Assembly (NCBI GenBank): GCA_964521685.1
Contig: CAZFTS010000004.1
Location: forward strand, 6,516 to 70,515
Direction of reading: 5' to 3'
Origin: an uncultured Muribaculaceae bacterium
GTDB taxonomy: Bacteria > Bacteroidota > Bacteroidia > Bacteroidales > UBA932
Length of the DNA: 64,000 bases
Part shown: positions 1 to 9,904 of the stretch, piece by piece
Numbering within the stretch: the stretch's first letter is position 1
How the letters are laid out: every line of letters starts with the position of its first letter
Notes under the pieces: model-generated
What the model was told of the DNA's origin: nothing
The model's database searches: none
Seen by the model: the letters and a program-made list of their open reading frames with translations, nothing else
Program-made: the position numbers and the translations under genes

Positions 1-2
1 CA

Positions 3-446
3 TTTCCTGTCGGAAATATTACCGATGAAAACAAAAAACTTTTAAAGGTTACTAAAGAGTCTCTCTACCTTGGAATTGAGAAGGCTGTGGCCGGAAACAG
101 AATTGGTGATATCTCTTACGCAGTTCAGCAACATGTCGAGAAAAACGGATATTCCGTAGTGAGGGAGATGGTTGGACACGGGATCGGGAAAAAACTTCAC
201 GAAACACCTGAGGTTCCGAATTATGGCAGTAGGGGCCAGGGGAAACTGATACAGAATGGACTGGTTATCTGTATAGAGCCCATGGTAAATGCAGGAAGCA
301 GGGCAGTTCATCTGCATAATGACGGATGGACGCTCAGTACTGCTGATAAAAAGAACTCTGCACATTTCGAGCTGATGGTGGCAATTGTGAATGGTAAGCA
401 AAAGGTCTTATCTACTTTTGAGTATATTGAGAATAATAATATTTAA
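3..446 (+). CDS. map: Methionine aminopeptidase type I, C-terminal part (5' truncated by the window)
   Basis: Frame open from base 3. Motifs GHGIG..LHE.P, IEPM and SAHFE; lies directly upstream of infA as in the spc-alpha cluster. Confidence 0.93.
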   Translation, partial: FPVGNITDENKKLLKVTKESLYLGIEKAVAGNRIGDISYAVQQHVEKNGYSVVREMVGHGIGKKLHETPEVPNYGSRGQGKLIQNGLVICIEPMVNAGSRAVHLHNDGWTLSTADKKNSAHFELMVAIVNGKQKVLSTFEYIENNNI

Positions 447-464
447 TTATAAGGTTAATTTTGG

Positions 465-683
465 ATGGCAAAACAAGCTGCTATTGAAAAAGAGGGAACA
501 ATAATTGAAGCCCTGTCGAATGCGATGTTTCGCGTTGAGTTGGATAACGGGCATGTGATAATTGCCCATATCTCAGGAAAAATGAGAATGCACTACATAC
601 GTATTCTGCCAGGAGACAGAGTAAGAGTTGAGATGTCACCTTATGATTTAACAAAAGGAAGAATTTCTTTCAGATATAAATAA
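465..683 (+). CDS. infA: Translation initiation factor IF-1
   Basis: 72 aa with [18 protein letters not shown] and [10 protein letters not shown]. Confidence 0.99.
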   Translation: MAKQAAIEKEGTIIEALSNAMFRVELDNGHVIIAHISGKMRMHYIRILPGDRVRVEMSPYDLTKGRISFRYK

Positions 684-695
684 AATTGAAATAAT

Positions 696-812
696 ATGAA
701 AGTCAAAGCATCCATTAAGAAGCGCAGTGATGATTGCAAGATAGTAAAACGTAAAGGTCGCCTTTATGTGATCTGCAAGAAAACCCCTAAGTTCAAAATG
801 CGTCAGGGATAA
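696..812 (+). CDS. rpmJ: 50S ribosomal protein L36 (not in the ORF track)
   Basis: Manual translation [38 protein letters not shown] (38 aa), between infA and rpsM. Confidence 0.97.
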   Translation: MKVKASIKKRSDDCKIVKRKGRLYVICKKTPKFKMRQG

Positions 813-848
813 TTTTTAATTGTAAACATTAAAGAGAATAGATAAATT

Positions 849-1226
849 ATGGCACGTATAGCCGGAGTTGATTTACCAAAAAACAAAAGAGGAGAGATAG
901 GTCTTACCTATATCTTCGGAATCGGACACAGTTCTGCCCAGAAAATCCTTGCCAAGAATGGTATCGATTTTAATACAAAGGTTAAGGACTGGAATGACGA
1001 TCAGATCGCTGCAATAAGGGCAACCATTTCAGAGGAGTATAAAATTGAAGGTGAGCTTCGATCTGCAGTTCAGACCAACATCAAGCGATTGATGGATATA
1101 GGTTGCTACAGAGGAATCCGTCACCGTCTCGGACTTCCTGTTCGTGGTCAGTCCACAAAGAACAACGCCCGCACAAGAAAGGGTAAGAAGAAAACTGTAG
1201 CTAACAAGAAGAAAGCAACTAAATAG
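849..1226 (+). CDS. rpsM: 30S ribosomal protein S13
   Basis: [10 protein letters not shown]...[28 protein letters not shown]. Confidence 0.99.
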   Translation: MARIAGVDLPKNKRGEIGLTYIFGIGHSSAQKILAKNGIDFNTKVKDWNDDQIAAIRATISEEYKIEGELRSAVQTNIKRLMDIGCYRGIRHRLGLPVRGQSTKNNARTRKGKKKTVANKKKATK

Positions 1227-1236
1227 AACCTAGATC

Positions 1237-1629
1237 ATGGCAAGAAAGACAGGAACATCAAATAAGAAAAAGATTGTAAAGGTTGATGCCTTTGGTCAGG
1301 CACACATTTCATCTACTTTTAACAACATCATTGTATCCCTCACAAACAGCACAGGCCAGGTTATTAGCTGGTCATCGGCAGGTAAGATGGGATTCAGAGG
1401 TTCAAAGAAGAACACACCATACGCAGCTCAGACAGCAGCGGAAGATTGTGCCAAGGTGGCTTATGATTTAGGTCTTCGTAAGGTTAAGGTCTATGTTAAG
1501 GGACCGGGAGCCGGACGTGAGTCTGCAATTCGTACTATTCACGGGGCAGGTATAGAGGTAACCGAGATCGTAGATGTTACCCCTCTTCCTCATAATGGAT
1601 GTCGTCCTAAAGGACGCCGGAGAGTTTAA
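1237..1629 (+). CDS. rpsK: 30S ribosomal protein S11
   Basis: [14 protein letters not shown] and [12 protein letters not shown]. Confidence 0.99.
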   Translation: MARKTGTSNKKKIVKVDAFGQAHISSTFNNIIVSLTNSTGQVISWSSAGKMGFRGSKKNTPYAAQTAAEDCAKVAYDLGLRKVKVYVKGPGAGRESAIRTIHGAGIEVTEIVDVTPLPHNGCRPKGRRRV

Positions 1630-1659
1630 CCTTTTTAAAATCATAATAAACGATTTAAC

Positions 1660-2265
1660 ATGGCAAGATATACAGGGCCAACCACAAAAGTCGCCCGCAA
1701 ATTTGGAGAACCAATATTTGGACCGGACAAGAGCTACGAGAAGAAAAACTATCCTCCGGGACAGCATGGTCTGGCTAAAAAAAGAAAAAAGACATCTGAG
1801 TACGGAATTCAGTTGAAAGAGAAGCAAAAGGTAAAATATACCTATGGTCTTCTTGAGAGACAGTTCAGAAATCTGTATGAAAAAGCATCAAGAATGAAAG
1901 GACGTAAAGGTGAAAACCTTATTTTACTCCTTGAATCGAGAATTGACAATCTGGTTTACAGAATGGGAATTGCCCCAAGCCGCGCAGCAGCAAGACAGCT
2001 TGTTATACACCGTCATATTGTACTTGACGGTGAAGTTTGCAGTATTCCGTCAACCCTGGTAAAACCGGGTGATGTAATTGCAGTTCGCGAAAGGTCAAAG
2101 AGTTTAGAGGTTATTCAAAATAGCATTTCTCGTGGTTCCGCCAGACACTCCTGGATTGAGTGGGATGGTTCATCACTGACAGGTAAATATCTTAATTTAC
2201 CTCTAAGGAGCGAAGTCCCTGAGACTATAAACGAGCAGTTAATTGTTGAGTTATACTCTAAATAA
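1660..2265 (+). CDS. rpsD: 30S ribosomal protein S4
   Basis: [30 protein letters not shown]; no Zn-binding Cys. Confidence 0.99.
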   Translation: MARYTGPTTKVARKFGEPIFGPDKSYEKKNYPPGQHGLAKKRKKTSEYGIQLKEKQKVKYTYGLLERQFRNLYEKASRMKGRKGENLILLLESRIDNLVYRMGIAPSRAAARQLVIHRHIVLDGEVCSIPSTLVKPGDVIAVRERSKSLEVIQNSISRGSARHSWIEWDGSSLTGKYLNLPLRSEVPETINEQLIVELYSK

Positions 2266-2272
2266 TAAAAAA

Positions 2273-3283
2273 ATGGCAATTTTAGCATTTCAAAAACCCG
2301 ATAAGGTAATAATGCTTGACGCTACCGAAACATTCGGTCGCTTTGAGTTTCGTCCGCTGGAGCCGGGATACGGTATCACAGTTGGTAACGCTTTGCGCCG
2401 CATTCTTCTGTCGTCTCTTGAGGGTCATGCCATTACTGCAGTAAGATTTCAGGGTGTGGATCACGAGTTCGCAACAATCCCCGGAGTAATTGAAACTGTA
2501 GTTGACATTATTCTCAATCTGAAACAGGTTCGTTTTAAAAGAATGGTTGAAGGAGAGGACTCTGAAGTTGTGAATATCACAGTAAGCGGTAAACAACAGT
2601 TTACTGCAGAGGATATTTCAAAACAGCTTTCATCTTTCAAGGTTCTTAATCCGGATCTGCATATCTGTTCAATGGAACCTTCAGTAACCTTGTCAGTTGA
2701 ACTGAGAATAGGTAAAGGAAGAGGGTATGTTCCGGCTGAGGAGAATCGTCTTGAAGATGCTCCGTTCGGGCATATTCCGATAGATTCAATTTACACTCCT
2801 ATAAAGAATGTGAAGTACTCTGTTGAGAACTGGCGTGTTGAGCAGAAGACAGACTACGAAAAATTGAATTTAGAGATAACAACCGATGGTTCAATACATC
2901 CTAAAGATGCGCTGAAAGAGGCTGCGAAAATTCTTATCCACCACTTTATGTTGTTCTCGGATGAGAAGATCACCCTTGAGACTCCGGTTGAGGTTGTGAG
3001 CAATGAGCTGGATGAGGAGTCACTCCGCATGCGTCATCTGTTAATGACAAAACTGGCCGATATGGAGCTGTCTGTTCGTGCACTTAATTGTCTTAAGGCT
3101 GCCGATATTGACACTCTGGCCGATCTGGTTTCGCTTCAGAGGTCTGAATTGATGAAATTCAGAAACTTTGGTAAGAAATCTCTTTCGGAAATCGATAACC
3201 TTGTTGAGCGCTACAGACTCAATTTTGGTATGGATGTAACAAAGTATAATATTGAAAAGAAAGTATTGAAAAATGAGGCATAA
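2273..3283 (+). CDS. rpoA: RNA polymerase subunit alpha
   Basis: [21 protein letters not shown] and alpha-[23 protein letters not shown] at 2273 preferred over the upstream TTG. Confidence 0.99.
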   Translation: MAILAFQKPDKVIMLDATETFGRFEFRPLEPGYGITVGNALRRILLSSLEGHAITAVRFQGVDHEFATIPGVIETVVDIILNLKQVRFKRMVEGEDSEVVNITVSGKQQFTAEDISKQLSSFKVLNPDLHICSMEPSVTLSVELRIGKGRGYVPAEENRLEDAPFGHIPIDSIYTPIKNVKYSVENWRVEQKTDYEKLNLEITTDGSIHPKDALKEAAKILIHHFMLFSDEKITLETPVEVVSNELDEESLRMRHLLMTKLADMELSVRALNCLKAADIDTLADLVSLQRSELMKFRNFGKKSLSEIDNLVERYRLNFGMDVTKYNIEKKVLKNEA

Positions 3284-3833
3284 CAAAACATTTAATCACT
3301 TGGGCCGCAAGAGCGGGCACCGTAAGGCTATGCTTGCCAATATGGCTTCGTCTCTTATATTGCACAAGAGAATCGAAACAACTCAGGCAAAGGCAAAAGC
3401 TCTCAGGGAATATATTGAACCTATCATCACTAAATCCAAAGATGATACTACTCACTCACGTCGTACTGTTTTTGCTTATCTTAAGCAAAAAGAGGCTGTT
3501 ACTGAGCTGTTCAGAGTAGTAGCACCAAAGATTGCCGATCGTCCGGGCGGATACACAAGAGTATTGAAACTTGGTTTCCGTAAAGGTGATGCTGCAGATA
3601 TAGCAATGATAGAGTTGGTTGACTTTAATGAGGCCGCTTTGGCATCGAGCCCTAAGGCTGAGGTTAAGAAGAGTACAACCCGCAGAAGCAGGGCTAAAAA
3701 GAGTGATTCGGCAGAATCGGCTCCGGCTGCAACTCCTGTGAAAAAAGAGACAAAAAAAGCTCCTAAAGCTGCAAAGGTAGAAGAGGCAGTTGAAACTCCT
3801 GAAACTGAAGAACAGACAGAGACAAAAGAGTAA
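3273..3833 (+). CDS. rplQ: 50S ribosomal protein L17 with a low-complexity K/A/E-rich C-terminal extension
   Basis: [20 protein letters not shown]; overlaps the end of rpoA by 11 nt. Confidence 0.98.
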   Translation: MRHNKTFNHLGRKSGHRKAMLANMASSLILHKRIETTQAKAKALREYIEPIITKSKDDTTHSRRTVFAYLKQKEAVTELFRVVAPKIADRPGGYTRVLKLGFRKGDAADIAMIELVDFNEAALASSPKAEVKKSTTRRSRAKKSDSAESAPAATPVKKETKKAPKAAKVEEAVETPETEEQTETKE

Positions 3834-3849
3834 TTTCATCTCATATGAT

Positions 3850-3889
3850 AGAAAAGGGAGTGATCATTAGATTGGTCACTCCCTTTTCT
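3850..3889 (+). terminator. Rho-independent terminator of the alpha operon
   Basis: AGAAAAGGGAGTGATCA-ttagat-TGGTCACTCCCTTTTCT: 17-bp stem with one G-U pair, just after the rplQ stop. Confidence 0.85.
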
Positions 3890-3985
3890 GTTGTGAACTA
3901 TTTATCCGGAAATTTATATTAATTTCGTTTGGGGTATACACCCGTATAGTTGTATTAAATAATGAAAACCTGATAAAATTTGAAT

Positions 3986-5077
3986 ATGAGAGTTGAAAAC
4001 CTGAAGAGCCTTGTGGGGAATACGCCACTGCTGGAGATAAAGTTCCTCTATAAAGGAGAGGAGAGAGTAATTTATGCTAAATCGGAAAACCTTAATATGA
4101 CCGGTAGTATAAAGGATAGAATGGCCTATGCAATATTGAAAAAATCGTATGAAACCGGAACACTGAAACCGGGAGCAACTATTATTGAGGCAACCAGTGG
4201 AAACACAGGAATCTCTTTTTGTGCAATGGGAAAGGCTTTGGGACACCCGGTAGTGATTTACATGCCCAACTGGCTAAGTGTAGAACGTTATAATCTCATT
4301 CAGAGTCTGGGGGCAAAGATCAACCTTGTTACCAAAGAGGAGGGGGGATTTCTGGGTAGTATAAAAATGTCTGAGGAGCTCGCAGCGAACATTGAAAACT
4401 CTTTTTTACCCAGACAGTTTTCAAATGATTATAACTCTCTGGCCCACTACGAGACAACCGGGCCTGAGATATGGAGTCAGCTAAGATTCAGGAATATTAT
4501 GCCGGACGCATTTGTTGCCGGAGTTGGAACCGGTGGAACAGTTATGGGAACCGGACGTTTCCTTAAGAAGATGAATCCAAAAATTAAGATTCATGCTCTT
4601 GAACCTGCAAATTCACCTACATTGACCACAGGCCACAAAGTTGGCAGCCATAGAATACAGGGTATTTCGGATGAGTTTATACCGGAGATTGTCAAGCTAA
4701 ATGAGCTAAACGAGATAATCCAGGTCGATGATGGAGATGCCATTATTATGGCCCAAAAGTTATCGGCGGAGTTGGGACTGGCAGTAGGAATCTCATCGGG
4801 AGCAAACTTTATCGGAGCGCTTATCGCTCAAAATATGATAAGTTCAAAAGCAAAAGTGGTTACAATCTTCTCTGATGATAATAAAAAGTATCTGAGCACC
4901 GACCTCATGAGACAAGAGCCTGTTAAAAGCAATTTTTATTCCAAAGAGATTAAACTTCTGGAGTTCAAAGCTATAAAGCGTGTTTGTATAACCTGTTGCG
5001 ACCCGGTAGAGTGCACAGGAGAGAGCAACCCTTCCTCATTTGAGTCAGGTAACCTTCCAAAATGTGTAAGGAGGTAA
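3986..5077 (+). CDS. PLP-dependent cysteine synthase family enzyme with a Cys-rich C-terminal tail
   Basis: VGNTPL, TGSIKDR (PLP Lys), [15 protein letters not shown] and GISSGAN motifs. Confidence 0.88.
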   Translation: MRVENLKSLVGNTPLLEIKFLYKGEERVIYAKSENLNMTGSIKDRMAYAILKKSYETGTLKPGATIIEATSGNTGISFCAMGKALGHPVVIYMPNWLSVERYNLIQSLGAKINLVTKEEGGFLGSIKMSEELAANIENSFLPRQFSNDYNSLAHYETTGPEIWSQLRFRNIMPDAFVAGVGTGGTVMGTGRFLKKMNPKIKIHALEPANSPTLTTGHKVGSHRIQGISDEFIPEIVKLNELNEIIQVDDGDAIIMAQKLSAELGLAVGISSGANFIGALIAQNMISSKAKVVTIFSDDNKKYLSTDLMRQEPVKSNFYSKEIKLLEFKAIKRVCITCCDPVECTGESNPSSFESGNLPKCVRR

Positions 5078-5080
5078 CTT

Positions 5081-6562
5081 TTACGCAATAAGCATTCCAA
5101 CCATTGCTGCAGACATAAGAGCCACAAGCGTTGCACCAAGCAGAGCCCTGAAACCGAAAGCCGATAATACCGGCTTTTGGTTGTTTGCCATACCTCCGAC
5201 TCCACCAATAAGAATACCTATGGATGCAAAATTTGCGAATCCGCAAAGCACATAAGTTGCCATAATTACTGACTTGGTAGATACAAATGCTCCGGTTTTA
5301 ATCATCTCAGCAAGACTTTGATAGCCAATAAACTCTGTCATTATGAGCTTCTCCCCCAGCAACCGTCCAACCAGATCGATGTCTGAACCTGAGACTCCGG
5401 TAAGCCATATAACAGGGGCAAAAAGGTAGGAGAGTAAAAATTGCATATTGAGTCCCGCAAATCTTCCATTTGTTAAATCGGCAATTACCGGATTTAAAGA
5501 TGTAATATCTCCGATTTTCATAAATATTGCATTAAAACCGGCTATTAAAGCATAAAAGACAAGGAGCATAGCACCAACGTTTGCGGCAAGTTTTAAACCG
5601 TCTGTAGTGCCGTTTGAGATTGCATCAAGAACATTTTTCCCGATCTTCTCCTTAGGAACCTCAACACTGTTGTCAATCTCCTCGGTCTGAGGTTTGATTA
5701 TTTTCGAGATTGCTATTGCACCCGGTGCCGCCATAATTGAGGCCGATAAGAGATGTTTTGCAAATTCAAGTTCAAGCATTTTATCACCATTGCCAAGCAT
5801 TCCGATGTATGCTGCCAGAACACCTCCGGCCATTGTTGCCATCCCTGCTGTCATAACCAACATGATTTCGCTTTTGGTCATTTTCGGGATATACTCTTTA
5901 ACCATAAGAGGGGCCTCAGTCTGCCCGAGGAATATATTACCAGCGGTTGAAAGCGATTCTGCACCCGATAATTTAAGAGATTTCGAGAGTAACCACGCCA
6001 TTGCCCAAACAATTCTTTGCAAAATTCCCAGGTAGAAGAAGAGGCTGGTAAGTGCAGAGAAGAATATGATTGTAGGAAGTATCTGCAATACAAAAATAAA
6101 ACCAAAACTATTTACGTTCATCAATGAGCCAAAGAGGAATGTTGAGCCCGCCTTGGTCCAGTCCAGCACTGCAACAAAGAGACTCCCCATAAACTCAAAT
6201 ACAGATTGGACTGCAGGAAATGCAATTACTGAAATAGCTACCAAAAATTGCATAGACAATGCAAAACCAACGGTTTTCCATTTAATCTTTCTTCGGTCAA
6301 CGCTGAAGATCCAGGCAATAAAAATAAGTGTTGCCATTCCGAGCAACCCTCTTATTATTGACCAGATATTGAATGCGAGCTCCTTTTCTGCAAGGATATC
6401 CTTGTACGGATTCTCCTTTATCGCAGGTGTTGCAGGAAGAGCTGCTTCTGTATTTATTGATTGTGTAAGTGTATCGGAAGATACCGCAGTACTGCTCTCC
6501 TGTGCAGGTAGTGCTGCCCATGTCAGGAGAGTGAATGTGATTATCAGAAATAGTTTTTTCAC
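5081..6562 (-). CDS. Concentrative nucleoside transporter (NupC/CNT family) with an N-terminal signal-like extension
   Basis: GNIFLGQTEAPL, MATMAGGV and LCGFANFASIGI. GTG start at 6562 preferred because the ORF-track TTG lies inside a -7 promoter box. Confidence 0.9.
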   Translation of the reverse strand: MKKLFLIITFTLLTWAALPAQESSTAVSSDTLTQSINTEAALPATPAIKENPYKDILAEKELAFNIWSIIRGLLGMATLIFIAWIFSVDRRKIKWKTVGFALSMQFLVAISVIAFPAVQSVFEFMGSLFVAVLDWTKAGSTFLFGSLMNVNSFGFIFVLQILPTIIFFSALTSLFFYLGILQRIVWAMAWLLSKSLKLSGAESLSTAGNIFLGQTEAPLMVKEYIPKMTKSEIMLVMTAGMATMAGGVLAAYIGMLGNGDKMLELEFAKHLLSASIMAAPGAIAISKIIKPQTEEIDNSVEVPKEKIGKNVLDAISNGTTDGLKLAANVGAMLLVFYALIAGFNAIFMKIGDITSLNPVIADLTNGRFAGLNMQFLLSYLFAPVIWLTGVSGSDIDLVGRLLGEKLIMTEFIGYQSLAEMIKTGAFVSTKSVIMATYVLCGFANFASIGILIGGVGGMANNQKPVLSAFGFRALLGATLVALMSAAMVGMLIA

Positions 6563-6592
6563 AGGTAATGTTTTTTGAGTTTCAACGAAGAG

Positions 6593-6622
6593 CAAATATA
6601 GCTATTATATTTATTATCTTTG
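6593..6622. promoter_or_regulatory. Divergent Bacteroidota -7 boxes (nupC-like gene / tgt)
   Basis: TATATTTG on - (6593-6600) and TATCTTTG on + (6615-6622) match TAnnTTTG. Confidence 0.65.
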
Positions 6623-6642
6623 GGGGTTGTTTGTAAAAGAGT

Positions 6643-7773
6643 ATGAGATTTGAAAAAATAGCCTGCGACCCCGAATCAGCTGCAAGGTGCGGGCTTGTAT
6701 ATACCGATCACGGAGTTATAGAGACCCCTGTTTTTATGCCGGTTGGCACTGTTGGATCGGTAAAGGCGGTTTACCACAGAGATCTTAAAGAGGATATTAA
6801 AGCGCAGATAATTCTGGGCAATACTTACCATTTATACCTCAGACCGGGAATTGACATAATCAAAAAAGCGGGAGGTCTTCATAAATTTATCTCATGGGAC
6901 AGGCCAATTCTCACGGACAGTGGAGGCTATCAGGTCTTTTCACTGGCAGAAAACCGGAAACTAACGGCAGAAGGGTGTATATTCCGGTCACATATTGACG
7001 GATCTAAACATCTGTTTACACCTGAGAATGTAGTTGATATTCAAAGAGTGATAGGTGCAGATATTATAATGGCACTAGACGAGTGCCCGCCGGGAGACTC
7101 GGACCACACATATGCTAAGAGATCTCTGAAACTTACACAGGAGTGGCTGGAGAGAGGCATCCGCCATTTCGACAATACAGAGCCGCTATATGGCTATTCT
7201 CAGACATTTTTCCCTATAATACAGGGTTGTGTATATCCCGATCTCAGAGCGCAAGCTGCCGAGCATGCATGCTCTCTGGGCAGGGAGGGGTATGCAATAG
7301 GGGGGTTGTCGGTTGGAGAGCCTGCCGAGGTGATGTATCAGATACTTGAGGTTCTTAACCCTCTTCTACCGCAGGACAAACCGCGCTATTTAATGGGAGT
7401 AGGTACCCCCGCAAATATTCTTGAAGCAATCGAAAGAGGTGTGGATATGTTTGATTGTGTGATGCCTACACGAAACGCCAGAAACGGAATGCTCTTTACC
7501 TCTGAGGGTATGATAAATATCAGGAATAAGAAATGGGCCGATGATTACTCTCCTATTGACGAAAATGGTACATCCTTTGTAGACTCTGCATATTCAAAGG
7601 CTTATCTGCGCCACCTCTTTATATCCGGAGAGATGCTTGCAGCACAGATTGCAAGTGAACACAACCTTGCCTTCTATATCAATCTGGTAAAAGAGGCACG
7701 CAACCACATAAAAAGAGGCACATTCAGGTCGTGGAAAAGAGATTATGTAAAATGCTTAGAAACAAAATTATAA
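6643..7773 (+). CDS. tgt: tRNA-guanine transglycosylase
   Basis: TPVFMPVGT, LGNTYHL, TDSGGYQVFS, GGLSVGE and DMFDCVMPTRNARNG. Confidence 0.98.
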   Translation: MRFEKIACDPESAARCGLVYTDHGVIETPVFMPVGTVGSVKAVYHRDLKEDIKAQIILGNTYHLYLRPGIDIIKKAGGLHKFISWDRPILTDSGGYQVFSLAENRKLTAEGCIFRSHIDGSKHLFTPENVVDIQRVIGADIIMALDECPPGDSDHTYAKRSLKLTQEWLERGIRHFDNTEPLYGYSQTFFPIIQGCVYPDLRAQAAEHACSLGREGYAIGGLSVGEPAEVMYQILEVLNPLLPQDKPRYLMGVGTPANILEAIERGVDMFDCVMPTRNARNGMLFTSEGMINIRNKKWADDYSPIDENGTSFVDSAYSKAYLRHLFISGEMLAAQIASEHNLAFYINLVKEARNHIKRGTFRSWKRDYVKCLETKL

Positions 7774-8862
7774 ATGAATTTCAGACCTACTATTCTGGAC
7801 AAATATATAATTAAGAAGTTTATAGGAACCTACTTCTTTGCGATTCTCATTTTCATTGTGATAGTGATAATTTTTGATGTAAGTGAGAAGATTGACAATT
7901 TTGTAGAGAAGGGGGCATCGCTTCAGGCAATAGTGATACAGTATTACGGGAACTTTGTTCCATATTTTATGAATATGTTCAATGCTCTGTTCATATTTAT
8001 CGCCGTTATTTTTTTTACCTCAAAGCTTGCCTCCCACAGCGAAATTGTTGCGATCCTGGCAGGAGGGATAAGTTTTAAACGTCTGCTCTATCCCTATTTT
8101 GTTTCGGCGATGTTCATTGCTATGCTCAGCCTTTTTATGAACCTCTTCGTTATTCCTCCGGCTAACAAGGTACGGCTTGAATTTACAGATAGATATATTA
8201 AAGATAAGTTCATAAACACCAGTAAGGATATACATCTTCAGATATCCCCGGGCACCTATGCCTATATTGAGTCGTTTAACAGCTGGAACAATATTGCCTC
8301 CAAGTTTACACTAGAGACTATTGAGGGGCATACTATCGTTTCAAAGTTAACTGCAGAGACCGCAGTCTGGGATACAACTTTCAACGGCTGGAAATTGTAT
8401 AAATATTATCTGAGAGAGAGCAGGGACGGTGTTCAGAAGATAACCCAAGGTGAGACAAAAGATACTGTAATTAACCTCTCTGTTAATGATTTCAACAAGA
8501 GGGACAATATTGTTGAGGCCTATAACTACCGAGAGCTGAATGAGCTTATAAGAACCCAGAAGATGCGGGGAGATAAACGGGTAATGTACTCCCAGATTGA
8601 GAAGCATACCCGGTTTGCATTGCCTTTTTCTGCATTTATTCTGACATTAATAGGGGTGTCGTTGTCAGCCAGGAAACGGAAAGGGGGAATCGGACTCAAT
8701 ATGGGAATCGGTCTGATGCTCAGCTTCTCATATATACTCTTTCTGAGATTCAGTCAGATGTTTGTCCATTCAGCAATACTGCCACCGTGGATAGCCCTTT
8801 GGGTGCCCAATATGCTTTATGCATTAATTGCACTCTATCTTTACAGGATTGCCCCTAAATAG
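7774..8862 (+). CDS. LptF/LptG family LPS export permease (LptG-like)
   Basis: ILDKYIIKKF start, SEIVAILAGGIS motif, 3 TM + periplasmic domain + 3 TM; follows tgt. Confidence 0.88.
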   Translation: MNFRPTILDKYIIKKFIGTYFFAILIFIVIVIIFDVSEKIDNFVEKGASLQAIVIQYYGNFVPYFMNMFNALFIFIAVIFFTSKLASHSEIVAILAGGISFKRLLYPYFVSAMFIAMLSLFMNLFVIPPANKVRLEFTDRYIKDKFINTSKDIHLQISPGTYAYIESFNSWNNIASKFTLETIEGHTIVSKLTAETAVWDTTFNGWKLYKYYLRESRDGVQKITQGETKDTVINLSVNDFNKRDNIVEAYNYRELNELIRTQKMRGDKRVMYSQIEKHTRFALPFSAFILTLIGVSLSARKRKGGIGLNMGIGLMLSFSYILFLRFSQMFVHSAILPPWIALWVPNMLYALIALYLYRIAPK

Positions 8863-9808
8863 CTTTAATTTTAGCACCGATAGCTTTGAGCATATCGTCT
8901 ACCATTAACTCCAGACTCCACTCCGGACTCCACCCCCACTCATTACGGGCACAGCTGTCGTCCATGGAATCGGGCCATGAAGCAGATATCCGCTCTTTAA
9001 CAGGATCAATATCATAACTGAATGTTGCACCCGGAACTCTCTTCCCTATAAGGGCAAACAGCTCTTTTGGAGAAAAGCTCATTGCGGTAACATTAAAGCT
9101 GTTTCTGTGAATAAGTCCCGATGGGTCACAATCCATAAGCTGGGTGCATGCGTTAAGTGCATCCGGCATATAGAGCATATCCATATAAGTGTTTTCAGGA
9201 ATAGGGCAGGTGTAGTGGCCGGTTTTTAAAATTTCATAGAAAACTTCGACAGCGTAATCGGTTGTGCCGCCACCGGGCAGACATCCGCTCGAAATTATTC
9301 CGGGAAATCTAACGCTTCTTGTATCTACACCAAAACGAGAATAGTAATAGTCGCTTAAAAGCTCTCCGGATACTTTGCATACACCGTAAATTGTATTTGG
9401 TCTCATTACAGTATCCTGCGGAGTATTGATATGCGGAGTGGAGTGACCGAATGCTCCGATGGAGCTAGGTGTAAAGACTGAACATTTGTACTCTCTTGCC
9501 AGTTCCAGCGAGTTTATGAGCGCACCCATGTTTATGTTCCAGGCCAGTTGCGGATCTCTCTCCCCGGTAGCTGATAATAGGGCTACAAGATTGTATATCC
9601 TGTCAATTCTGTTTTTTACAACCACATCTCTGAAGGCCTCCCTGTCAAGGGCATCAAGGAGTATCGCCCTGCTGAATTCATTCATCCGGGTAACATTCTC
9701 CTTTTTGAGATCTGCTGCTATTACATTATCTTCGCCATACAGAGACTGAAGATGCGGAATTAACTCGGTTCCAATCTGACCACCGGCGCCAACTACTAAA
9801 ATGTTCAT
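8855..9808 (-). CDS. SDR-type L-threonine 3-dehydrogenase (NAD-dependent epimerase family)
   Basis: GAGGQIG, ALLSATGE, YGVCK (YxxxK) and PGGGTTDYA. Confidence 0.85.
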   Translation of the reverse strand: MNILVVGAGGQIGTELIPHLQSLYGEDNVIAADLKKENVTRMNEFSRAILLDALDREAFRDVVVKNRIDRIYNLVALLSATGERDPQLAWNINMGALINSLELAREYKCSVFTPSSIGAFGHSTPHINTPQDTVMRPNTIYGVCKVSGELLSDYYYSRFGVDTRSVRFPGIISSGCLPGGGTTDYAVEVFYEILKTGHYTCPIPENTYMDMLYMPDALNACTQLMDCDPSGLIHRNSFNVTAMSFSPKELFALIGKRVPGATFSYDIDPVKERISASWPDSMDDSCARNEWGWSPEWSLELMVDDMLKAIGAKIKAI

Positions 9809-9850
9809 TCTATTTTAAGTTTAAATATATTCTGTAAGTAAAAAGCGGAG

Positions 9851-9900
9851 CAAAAGTAAGAATTTTATAGAAATTTTCTCTGTTTCTTTAATTAAATTTG
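9851..9900. promoter_or_regulatory. Divergent -7 boxes (threonine dehydrogenase / queG)
   Basis: TACTTTTG on - (9851-9858) and TAAATTTG on + (9893-9900). Confidence 0.6.
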
Positions 9901-9904
9901 TGCA

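Noticed and set aside
3630..3833. Low-complexity tail of L17
   Set aside because: Such extensions are common in Bacteroidota L17 and do not form a repeat element.
3931..3976. GGGGTATACACCC pseudo-palindrome and an in-frame ATG-AAA-ACC-TGA-TAA mini-ORF upstream of the cysteine synthase
   Set aside because: The palindrome is imperfect. TGA is followed immediately by TAA, which excludes selenocysteine readthrough.
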